Source: a virus. Taken from it: 64,000 nucleotides of DNA. Each line of letters opens with the position of its first letter. Positions within the stretch are counted from its first letter, which is position 1. Both the position numbers and the translations under genes were made by a program. The notes under the pieces were generated by a model. It was not told the DNA's origin and ran no database searches. It saw only the letters and a program-made list of their open reading frames with translations. The stretch lies in IMG/VR virus record IMGVR_UViG_3300046791_000454, positions 17,497-81,496 of that record; one strand, given 5' to 3'. Positions 1 to 7,145 of this stretch are shown here, in pieces.

Positions 1-459
1 GTCGGCTCACGCACGCGCTTCAAGCGGCCTGATGCGGGCACGAAGTGGTGGGCTGCGGCGCGCTCCGCTGGCTTGGAAGAGAAGCTGGCCCGCTTCCCCG
101 GCGTGGCCGTCTACGGCGAGTCGCACGGCTACACCGGCGGATTCCCGTACGGGCAGCCGCCAGGCAAGCCCGCGGTGCGCCTGTTCGACGCGCTTGACAG
201 CAAGACGCGGCGCTACTTCCACGACGCGGACTTTCAAGCGTTCGCCGAGGAGATCGGCGTCGATACGGCGCCGGTGCTCTATCGGGGTTCGTGGTCCGAG
301 GACCTGCGTTCGCACGCCGAAGGGCGGAGCACCCTGGATGCGAGCCACGTGCGCGAAGGGTTCGTGGTTCGCCCGGTCGTCGAGCGGCACGACCATCGCG
401 TCGGGCGTGTCATTCTCAAGATGGTGGGAGAAGGTTATTTGCTCCGCAAGGGCGCGTGA
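1..459 (+). CDS. ATP-dependent RNA ligase (Rnl2/DRB0094-like), 5' partial
   Basis: Frame open from base 1 (VGSRT...); nucleotidyltransferase motifs VYGE, LFD, PVLYRG, REGFVV, ILKMV..YL. Confidence 0.85.
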   Translation, partial: VGSRTRFKRPDAGTKWWAAARSAGLEEKLARFPGVAVYGESHGYTGGFPYGQPPGKPAVRLFDALDSKTRRYFHDADFQAFAEEIGVDTAPVLYRGSWSEDLRSHAEGRSTLDASHVREGFVVRPVVERHDHRVGRVILKMVGEGYLLRKGA

Positions 460-460
460 C

Positions 461-715
461 ATGAACGCAGACTCGGACCTAGGCCGCATCCTCGCCCTGG
501 CCCTCCAGCGGGCCGAGGAGCGCCTCGCCGCCGACCGCGACGTCGAGGTCGCCGCTCGGTTGCTTGAGGCCTACGCGGCTGTCCTGGCGGCGCAGCGGGC
601 AGAAGGCGAAGCGCCATCCGCCTACCGCCAGGAGCTCACGTACGCGTGCGAGCTCATCCAGGACCTTCGGGCGAGGCTTGCGGCGGCGGGGCCGTGCAAG
701 AGGGAGCCGACGTGA
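461..715 (+). CDS. hypothetical helical protein
   Basis: ATG 1 nt after ligase stop; GTGA overlap with next gene. Confidence 0.7.
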   Translation: MNADSDLGRILALALQRAEERLAADRDVEVAARLLEAYAAVLAAQRAEGEAPSAYRQELTYACELIQDLRARLAAAGPCKREPT

Positions 716-1140
716 CGCTCATCGTCCGCACCGCCCGCGTTTCGTTCGGAGGCCCCGACCGCTTCGACGTGACCCGCAAGTCGGGCGGCGAGGCTGGCGC
801 TCCGTTCGCCCCGTCGTGGAAGCTTCTCGGGCCTGCTCTCGAGGCGCGTAAGCATGCCGATCGAATGCGTCGGTTCGGCTGTCACTCGCTGGCGAACGCC
901 TACGAGCGAGGCTCGTGGGAGGAGTACGAACGCAAGTACCTCGACGAGATGCGGGCGAGCTACGCGGCGAACCGAGCGGCCTGGAGCGCGCTTCTCGCGC
1001 GCGAAACGATCGTGATCGTCTGCTACTGCGTCGACGCGGAGCACTGCCACCGGCGGCTCTTGCGGGCCGTCATCCTGCCAAAGCTCGGCGCGGTGGACGG
1101 CGGGGAAGTTTCCGAAACGGCAAAGGAGAGCATGCGATGA
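712..1140 (+). CDS. DUF488-family protein
   Basis: FAPSWKLL...WEEYERKYLDEM...VCYC....HCHR pattern typical of DUF488; GTG start overlaps upstream stop. Confidence 0.8.
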   Translation: MTLIVRTARVSFGGPDRFDVTRKSGGEAGAPFAPSWKLLGPALEARKHADRMRRFGCHSLANAYERGSWEEYERKYLDEMRASYAANRAAWSALLARETIVIVCYCVDAEHCHRRLLRAVILPKLGAVDGGEVSETAKESMR

Positions 1141-2777
1141 TGGCCACGACGATGATGGATCCGGCAGACGACGAACAATACCAGGCCTACGAGCGCGCGC
1201 TCGTCGACCACTTCTCGCTCGAGATGAACGACGACGCCCCGCTCTTCACGACCGACGTCGAAGACATCTTCGCGGTCTTCCTCGCCGCGCTGCCCGAGGG
1301 GCGCCGCCAGCACTACAACTGCCACGCCTGCCGCCGGTTCCTGAACCGGTACGGTGCACTCGTCCGCATCAACCACAAGGGCCAGAAGCGGACGCCGATC
1401 TGGAATCTTGAGGCGCCGTCGTTCTTCGCCCCCGCGGCTACGGCATGCGCCCACGCCGTCGCGCGCGCGAAGGTGACTGGCATCTTCCTCACGTCCGAAA
1501 CGACCTGGGGCCTCCGAGAGAACGCGACCCCGAAGCCGCCTGGCATCTGGCGGCACTTGCACGTCGTCCCGCCGCGTACGCTCGTCTTCGCCAAGACGCC
1601 GCTCCAGACGGCCGAGCAGCGCGCGGCCGAGCGTCGCGAGGAGCACCACATGCTCTGCCGTGGACTCGCCGAGTTCCCGCTCGAGCACGTTCGGGAGGCG
1701 CACACGCTGCTCACGAGCGGCAACCTCTACCGGTCGGAGAAGTGCATCGGCGTGGCCAAGTGGCTGCTCGACCTGCACACGGCGCGCGAGGCCGCGAAGG
1801 GCGAGGCGCGCGACAACGTGGTCTGGCTCGCGGTCGCGACGGCGCCGGCCGGCTTCTGCCACATCCGGACCGGCATGATCGGGACGCTGCTCGAAGACAT
1901 CCAGCTCGGGCTCGCGTTTGCCGACATCAAGGCGAAGTTCGACGCGAAGATGCACCCGCTCCAGTATCAGCGCCCGCAGGCGGCGCCGAGCGCGGGCCAG
2001 ATCGCCCAGGCGGAGAAGGTCGTTGCGGCTCTCGCCTCTGCCGGCTCGCTTGCGCGTCGCTTCGCGCGGCTCGAAGACCTCGAGACCATCTGGACGCCGA
2101 AGATGGTAGAGCCGTCAGCGCCGAAGGGTGGCGTCTTCGGGCACCTCAAGCCGAAGGGGGAGTTGCCGCGCGGCGGCAACGTCGAGCAGCCGGCGGTGAC
2201 GATGACGTGGGAGAAGTTCGCGCGGACCGTCCTGCCCGATGCCGAGACCATCGAGCTCCACGTGACGCCGACCCCGCGCCCGTACGCGGCCCTCGTGACT
2301 GCGGCGAATGCCGACGCCCCGCCGATCATCCAATGGGACCGCCTTGAGAAGCGGAACCCCGTGACATGGTACCTCTACGCCGGCGGCTCGACGCCTGGGG
2401 GGTGGGGCCTTGAGGTCGGATGGTGCCGCGTCACGGCAATCACCCTTCAGCCGTCGATGTGGAGTGGTGCGCCGCCGTCCACGCATCAAGGCGCTTCGCT
2501 CTTCATGATCCTCGAAGGCGCGAAGGATACGCGCAAGGCAAGCGTGGTTGTCGAACGCGGCGGAGGTTTCTTCCCGGAGCACCTGCGCAGCGAATATCAT
2601 CCGGTGCGCGCGACGATGGAGGCGTTCGCGCACGCAGCGGAGATCGCCGGCTGGAACGAGGCGACCGCGTGCGGCCTCAAGGTCGAGAAGGGCGCTCCCG
2701 GCGCGTGGAACTATGTCGTGCGCGTCACGTCGAAAGACGGGACTCGGCTCGCGTACAACCTCGACCGCTGGGACTGA
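1137..2777 (+). CDS. conserved phage protein (546 aa) with RQHYNCHACRRF Cys motif
   Basis: AGGAG SD, ATGA coupling, strong GC3 bias; function unknown. Confidence 0.85.
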   Translation: MMATTMMDPADDEQYQAYERALVDHFSLEMNDDAPLFTTDVEDIFAVFLAALPEGRRQHYNCHACRRFLNRYGALVRINHKGQKRTPIWNLEAPSFFAPAATACAHAVARAKVTGIFLTSETTWGLRENATPKPPGIWRHLHVVPPRTLVFAKTPLQTAEQRAAERREEHHMLCRGLAEFPLEHVREAHTLLTSGNLYRSEKCIGVAKWLLDLHTAREAAKGEARDNVVWLAVATAPAGFCHIRTGMIGTLLEDIQLGLAFADIKAKFDAKMHPLQYQRPQAAPSAGQIAQAEKVVAALASAGSLARRFARLEDLETIWTPKMVEPSAPKGGVFGHLKPKGELPRGGNVEQPAVTMTWEKFARTVLPDAETIELHVTPTPRPYAALVTAANADAPPIIQWDRLEKRNPVTWYLYAGGSTPGGWGLEVGWCRVTAITLQPSMWSGAPPSTHQGASLFMILEGAKDTRKASVVVERGGGFFPEHLRSEYHPVRATMEAFAHAAEIAGWNEATACGLKVEKGAPGAWNYVVRVTSKDGTRLAYNLDRWD

Positions 2778-2909
2778 AGACGAACTGACAAGAACGGCAG
2801 CAGTTGGGCCGGCCCACTACGGGCAGCGCGAGCCTCGGCGGAAGAGAGGCGACCTGTTGCCCCACGCCCGTGTTAGGCGCCGGGGGGAAGGGCCCCAGCG
2901 GCGCAGGAC

Positions 2910-3743
2910 TCAGACAGTGGCGAGACCGTCGCGCCGGCCTTCAGCGCCCCCGTTCGTCGGCTTGATGTTCTTGCCGCCCGCAACCTCGTTCAGCGTGCGG
3001 AGCAGGTCGAGCCGCAGGAACTGCAAGTGCAGGTTGCCGTTCCGGAAGCACTTGAATCGGAAGTAGCGCGTCTCTCCGCGGCCCTTGTCGCCGCTGGCCT
3101 TGATCGCGTCGGAAAGCTCGCCATGATAGCTCTTGGCCACCGTGCCGCGACCGTCGAGCATGCTGAACACGTTGTCGAGCGCCACAAACTCAGCCTCGCG
3201 CCCGTAGCGGACGTGGTAGCCGGGCGACCACGCGCGCTCGACGCGGTGCTCCAGCACGACCTTCGGCCCGATCTCGGTTCGGCTGTTGGTCTTGTACGTG
3301 TCGCGCCATGGGCGCAGGAAGCCGAAGACTTCACGCACGGCCTCGGCCATCATGACCGGCGCCGCCTCGAGGTAGAACTCCGCGAAGTCCGCCACGTTCT
3401 CGACCGTGAGCGGCGGCAGGTCTCCGCGCTCCAGCCGCTCGTCCAGTTCCTTCGCGCGCTTGACGGACAGCATGCGGCGAATTTCGAGGCGCTCGGCAAC
3501 CGCGCCCCACGCGTTACGGGCCATGCGCTCGACGGCCGCATCGGCGTCCCAGTCGCAACCGGTCCGGTGCCTGCTCGCCTCGACGGAGATGTGCCCTCGG
3601 CGCGAGCTGTCGCCGTAGAGCGCGCCGAGACGCTCCTCGACGGCGAGGACGATGGCGAACGCGCGGCGGACGTCGCGCTCTGCTTCCTGGAAGGCCGCCA
3701 CAAGCTCGTGGACGGCGGCGTGACGGGCGAGGTCGGTGCTCAC
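2910..3743 (-). CDS. DUF4942 domain protein
   Basis: YKTN..IGPKVVL, LDNVFSMLDG, YFRFKCFRNGNLHLQFLRLDLLRTLNEVAG; GTGA-coupled start. Confidence 0.8.
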   Translation of the reverse strand: MSTDLARHAAVHELVAAFQEAERDVRRAFAIVLAVEERLGALYGDSSRRGHISVEASRHRTGCDWDADAAVERMARNAWGAVAERLEIRRMLSVKRAKELDERLERGDLPPLTVENVADFAEFYLEAAPVMMAEAVREVFGFLRPWRDTYKTNSRTEIGPKVVLEHRVERAWSPGYHVRYGREAEFVALDNVFSMLDGRGTVAKSYHGELSDAIKASGDKGRGETRYFRFKCFRNGNLHLQFLRLDLLRTLNEVAGGKNIKPTNGGAEGRRDGLATV

Positions 3744-3949
3744 GAGTGCACCCGCTCCGCTTCCTCGGCCAACGCGGCCGCTTGGCGCAGAATCGACGCC
3801 ACCTCGCGCCACGCGTTGTATCGACGAGGCATGTCGCTATCCAAGTCCGCCTGGACCTCGACGGACGCGAGCGCGGTGTCAATGAGCAGTTGCGGGCCCA
3901 CCTCGGTCGCCAGGTTCAGGAACGCGGTCAGCTTCTCGTCGGGCAGCAT
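3740..3949 (-). CDS. hypothetical protein (69 aa)
   Basis: GGAGG SD before ATG; coupled to DUF4942 gene. Confidence 0.75.
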   Translation of the reverse strand: MLPDEKLTAFLNLATEVGPQLLIDTALASVEVQADLDSDMPRRYNAWREVASILRQAAALAEEAERVHS

Positions 3950-3967
3950 GGGGAACCTCCAACGCCC

Positions 3968-3997
3968 AAAGCCCCGGCCCCTTTCGGGGTGCGGGGC
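3968..3997 (-). terminator. hairpin GCCCCGCACCCC-GAAA-GGGGCCGGGGC plus UUU (weak terminator or boxB-like)
   Basis: Follows the first gene of the leftward operon. Confidence 0.55.
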
Positions 3998-4015
3998 CGA
4001 GCGATCCGGCTGCGT

Positions 4016-4546
4016 TCAGGCAATCGCCTTGCGGACCGTGGCGAGCGCCTTGGCACGGCCCTTCGCCCCGGCGTTCTTCGCGGACCACTCGGCCCAACCG
4101 AGGAGCGTCTCACCCTTCTGCGCCATGAAGGCGTTCGGGTGGGGCTGCGTGGCAAGCTTTGCGCGCGCCGTCTCGTCGGCAAGAAGCGCGGCGAGGTCGG
4201 CGAGCTTCGCGGACGCGCGGGCCATGGTGGCCACCTTGCGGCGCTTGGCGAGGTCGCGGTCCACGCGGGCGACGAGGGCGGCGTCGACCTTGCGGATGCA
4301 GTCGGAGCCGACGTGGAAGCGCTTGCCGTCCGCGCTCTCGACGTTGCAGAGGACGATGATGGCCATGCCGCAGTATTCGCAGGTGCCGCCGGGCTGCGTG
4401 ACGACGCAGAGGCCGCCGGGAAGGCGCTCCGTCACGACCATGCCGTACTCGCGGTCCTGCTGACCGAGGCCGATGTAGCGGAAGGGGGCCTTGCCGAGGC
4501 CGGCGAGTTCGAAGGGGTGGACTGCGGAGGGGGTCGTCGTGTTCAT
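4016..4546 (-). CDS. Zn-binding phage protein (CEYCG...HVGSDC)
   Basis: CxxC plus VGSDC motif, basic helical C-terminus, good codon bias. Confidence 0.8.
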   Translation of the reverse strand: MNTTTPSAVHPFELAGLGKAPFRYIGLGQQDREYGMVVTERLPGGLCVVTQPGGTCEYCGMAIIVLCNVESADGKRFHVGSDCIRKVDAALVARVDRDLAKRRKVATMARASAKLADLAALLADETARAKLATQPHPNAFMAQKGETLLGWAEWSAKNAGAKGRAKALATVRKAIA

Positions 4547-4557
4547 GCCTTCCCTCT

Positions 4558-4573
4558 AGCGAGGACCATGCCA
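4558..4573 (-). promoter_or_regulatory. putative sigma54 (-24/-12) promoter TGGCATGGTCCTCGCT
   Basis: GG-N10-GC spacing with TGGCA; -12 C lies 13 nt before ATG 4546. Confidence 0.55.
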
Positions 4574-4593
4574 CGATATGACGCACGTGGCAT
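4568..4593. promoter_or_regulatory. inverted repeat ATGCCACG-N10-CGTGGCAT (operator-like)
   Basis: Perfect 8-bp arms between divergent genes, overlapping the -24 element. Confidence 0.6.
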
Positions 4594-4625
4594 CGCGGCG
4601 CGCCCCATGCTACGGAGCGGAACCC

Positions 4626-4832
4626 ATGACCAAGAGCCGCCCGCCGCCCATTCCCGACCAGATTCGCACCGCACGCACCGCTGCGCACCTTTCCCAGGCT
4701 CAGCTTGCAGAAAGCACGGGCCTTCAGCAGTCGGCCATTGCCCGCTATGAGACCGGCGAACGCGATCCGAACCTGCGAACGCTCCGGATTCTGGCCGGAG
4801 CACTGAACACGGTGTGGCTCGTTTACCCGTAG
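4626..4832 (+). CDS. XRE/Cro-CI family HTH regulator
   Basis: IRTARTAAHLSQAQLAESTGLQQSAIARYETGERDPNLRTLRILAGAL is a canonical HTH_3. Confidence 0.92.
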   Translation: MTKSRPPPIPDQIRTARTAAHLSQAQLAESTGLQQSAIARYETGERDPNLRTLRILAGALNTVWLVYP

Positions 4833-4864
4833 ATTTCGCGCGCTACGCATCCAAGTCATAGCCC

Positions 4865-4961
4865 ATGACGCCGGTGTCATCGTGGCCCATGCGTCGGTAA
4901 ACATAGACTAATATGCGCTTTCTGAGGCACGCTGTATCAACTCCGATGCCGCCGGTGTCAT
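4865..4961. promoter_or_regulatory. two near-identical 16-bp palindromes ATGMCGCCGGTGTCAT (4865-4880, 4946-4961)
   Basis: 15/16 identical, 81 bp apart, in non-coding DNA. Confidence 0.65.
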
Positions 4962-5010
4962 ACTGAACGGTCCTCCACACGGCGGCGGCGGGGCCTCTAA
5001 TGCCGGTAAT

Positions 5011-5038
5011 CAGCCAATGTCTCCAGCGGCATTGGCTG
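5011..5038. promoter_or_regulatory. inverted repeat CAGCCAATG-N10-CATTGGCTG
   Basis: Perfect 9-bp arms overlapping the -24 element of the rightward promoter. Confidence 0.55.
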
Positions 5039-5052
5039 GCACACCCCGTGCA
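5037..5052 (+). promoter_or_regulatory. putative sigma54 promoter TGGCACACCCCGTGCA
   Basis: Close match to TGGCAC-N5-TTGCW; ATG 5066 is 15 nt after the -12 C and has no SD. Confidence 0.65.
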
Positions 5053-5065
5053 ATGCCTCTCTGAC

Positions 5066-5236
5066 ATGAAGACGCTGACGAAGCAGATGAGCCTGGTGGG
5101 GATGACGGTTCGCTCGACGACCTGCGACATCGCTGGCACCATCGAGTACGTGACCAAGGACGGCTGGGCCGGCATCCGGGACGCCTCGGGCCGCCTGGAC
5201 GAGGAGAAGCTCAGCCGACTGGAGCAGGTGACCTGA
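5066..5236 (+). CDS. small protein (56 aa), possibly SH3/KOW-like
   Basis: VGMTVRS...GTIEYV..DGWAGIR pattern; GC3 bias starts at this ATG. Confidence 0.7.
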   Translation: MKTLTKQMSLVGMTVRSTTCDIAGTIEYVTKDGWAGIRDASGRLDEEKLSRLEQVT

Positions 5237-5244
5237 GGGCCCCC

Positions 5245-5276
5245 GGCCCGGTTCCCGAAAAGGGGGCCGGGCCTTT
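5245..5276 (+). terminator. hairpin GGCCCGGTTCCC-GAAAA-GGGGGCCGGGCC plus UUU
   Basis: 12-bp stem right after the first gene of the rightward operon. Confidence 0.6.
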
Positions 5277-5293
5277 CGAGTCAGGAGACCAAG

Positions 5294-5485
5294 ATGACCT
5301 TACCGAAGCTCCACCACCTCTTCCGCCGCCCCGAGCAGTGCCTCCCGGCTAACAGCAATTCGGTGCCGGCGTTCTGCTCGGTCGAGTCGATCCCCGGCTG
5401 GCTCTACACCCAGGCGGCTGCCCGCGTCAGCGCGCGCCGCGCCCGCTTCTCGTCCGTGGCCTTCAACGCGAAGGTGTCATCGTGA
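5294..5485 (+). CDS. hypothetical protein
   Basis: AGGAG SD; coupled to next ORF. Confidence 0.7.
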   Translation: MTLPKLHHLFRRPEQCLPANSNSVPAFCSVESIPGWLYTQAAARVSARRARFSSVAFNAKVSS

Positions 5486-5628
5486 GCCGCGCGGCCCGCA
5501 TCGCCGTGGTCGTGCTGATTGAGGCCGAGCTTGCGGCGGCAGACGACATGCCGGAAGAAGACTACGCCGCGGCACGGGCGTTGCTAAAGGAATTGGAAGA
5601 GACGAGCGAGACGGAGGAAGAGCGGTGA
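5482..5628 (+). CDS. small acidic protein (48 aa), absent from ORF track
   Basis: GTGA overlaps at both ends; MSRAARIAVVVLIEAELAAADDMPEEDYAAARALLKELEETSETEEER. Confidence 0.7.
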   Translation: MSRAARIAVVVLIEAELAAADDMPEEDYAAARALLKELEETSETEEER

Positions 5629-5807
5629 ACCCCGACACAATGCTACGGATGACCGATGACGGCGACACGTTCGAGTGCACGTGGGCGAGCTTCGCGGAAG
5701 CGAACGCGGATACGCCGAGCGTGGTTGCCGAGGTTGCAGCGCTGGCAGTCGGTGAGCGCGTGACGCTGGCCGGAGGCGGACTTGTGGAAGTGGAGCGCGT
5801 GTCGTGA
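5625..5807 (+). CDS. hypothetical protein
   Basis: GTGA coupling, GGAGG SD. Confidence 0.7.
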   Translation: MNPDTMLRMTDDGDTFECTWASFAEANADTPSVVAEVAALAVGERVTLAGGGLVEVERVS

Positions 5808-6256
5808 GCTACTGGAACGGTTTTAAGAACGCGCGTGTGAAGACGCCGGTCGCGACCTGGACTCGCTGGGACGTCTCTTGGTCCCCCTGGGGCCGCAACC
5901 CCGTCCGAGGCACGAACTACGTCCAGCTTGAGACGCTAGACGCGGTTGTCATCGGCCTCTACGACGTGAACGCGGATGGCGTACGCGTCGGGCGTCGACC
6001 TCGGCAGGTCGAGGTCTACGCCAAGACCAAGCGGAGTCCGAAGTGGCTCGGCTATGACACCAGCGCGCGACTCGCGGCGCTTTTCTACAACGTGCTTGCG
6101 CGTGAGGCAGGCTCGGACGACTACGGGCGGGTCGTCCGCTGGGGCGTCGGCATTGCCCCGAAGCACTACGACGACAGCAAGGCCATTCTCGCCTTCATCG
6201 CCAAGTTGGACGCCGCCGAGCGAGCGGCCAAGGAGCAGACCCGTGAAGCCGCTTAG
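5804..6256 (+). CDS. hypothetical protein
   Basis: GTGA coupling, codon bias. Confidence 0.75.
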   Translation: MSYWNGFKNARVKTPVATWTRWDVSWSPWGRNPVRGTNYVQLETLDAVVIGLYDVNADGVRVGRRPRQVEVYAKTKRSPKWLGYDTSARLAALFYNVLAREAGSDDYGRVVRWGVGIAPKHYDDSKAILAFIAKLDAAERAAKEQTREAA

Positions 6257-6443
6257 CATCGAGTACACCTTCCACGGCGGCCCCAACGAGGACGTGCTCG
6301 TGGACCGCAAGCGGTGCCGCTCGGACGCCGCTGCCCGCCAGCACGCCGCGAAGCTGGCCGACCGCCTTGGCGGCTACATCTGCGTCAGTCGCAACGGGCG
6401 CCGCATCGTGAGCGTGAACGAGAACTGGAGCGAGCCGTCATGA
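6243..6443 (+). CDS. hypothetical protein
   Basis: GTG after AGGAG; coupled to next gene. Confidence 0.6.
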   Translation: MKPLSIEYTFHGGPNEDVLVDRKRCRSDAAARQHAAKLADRLGGYICVSRNGRRIVSVNENWSEPS

Positions 6444-6784
6444 CCAAGACCAACCGAATCCCCGCCCGCCTCGACGCGGACCGCGCCGCGACGCCGAGGG
6501 CGCGCCTCATCCAGCGCCAACAGGTCCGCGACGGAGACACCATCTCGGCGACGAACGCGACGCACTACGAGGCGGAGGACGGGAGCCGGGTAGCGCTGGC
6601 GGATGCTCTCGAGGCGGCCCGCTCAAGGCTCGCCTACGCCGACGACGCCTGGCCTGGGTCTCCGAGGGAGGTGCGCGCGGCACAGGCAGACGTGGACCGG
6701 CTGGAGGCCGAAGTGGAGGCGTTGCGCAAAGCGGCGCTGCCCGAGCCCCGCGACGGCGTGGACGACGAGCCCGGAGACGTCTGA
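6440..6784 (+). CDS. hypothetical protein with C-terminal coiled coil
   Basis: ATGA coupling. Confidence 0.7.
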   Translation: MTKTNRIPARLDADRAATPRARLIQRQQVRDGDTISATNATHYEAEDGSRVALADALEAARSRLAYADDAWPGSPREVRAAQADVDRLEAEVEALRKAALPEPRDGVDDEPGDV

Positions 6785-6794
6785 GCCAAGGCGC

Positions 6795-6834
6795 GAAAAG
6801 AGAAGAGCCCGTCTCCGGGCGTGGAGACGGGCTC
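6795..6834 (-). terminator. intrinsic terminator ending the minus-strand run (possibly bidirectional)
   Basis: Perfect 12-bp stem GAGCCCGTCTCC/GGAGACGGGCTC followed by TTCTCTTTTC on the minus strand, between convergent genes. Confidence 0.8.
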
Positions 6835-6856
6835 GAAGGTGAGACGGCGGGCGCGG

Positions 6857-7144
6857 CTAGAACGACGTTGCAGTCACCTGAAACGTGGCCTCGTCGACGG
6901 CAACAACGGTGCCCGACGCGACCCACTTGACGCGCCACGTTCCCGCCGCACTCGGTGTGAGGTCGTAGTGGTACGCACCGGTGCTGTCCTTGACCATGGC
7001 GCTGGACCCGTAGGCCCACGTCGAGACGATCCCGTTGGGCGCCTTGGCTTGGAGCTCGACCGTCGTCGGGTCCGCTACGCCAACCGAGTCCGCGAACGTG
7101 CACGAGGAGCGGACACGCGATCCGAGCTTGACGCTTAGGGACAT
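6857..7144 (-). CDS. small Ig-like beta-sandwich virion protein
   Basis: TGAYHYDLTPSAAGTWRVKWVASG pattern. Confidence 0.7.
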   Translation of the reverse strand: MSLSVKLGSRVRSSCTFADSVGVADPTTVELQAKAPNGIVSTWAYGSSAMVKDSTGAYHYDLTPSAAGTWRVKWVASGTVVAVDEATFQVTATSF

Positions 7145-7145
7145 A

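Noticed and set aside
4803-4980. CTGAAC half-sites as Myxococcus-type LexA boxes
   Set aside because: The second half of the consensus is absent at both positions
4843-5175. 110-aa minus-strand ORF across the control region
   Set aside because: Atypical codon usage; overlaps regulatory palindromes and a better plus-strand gene
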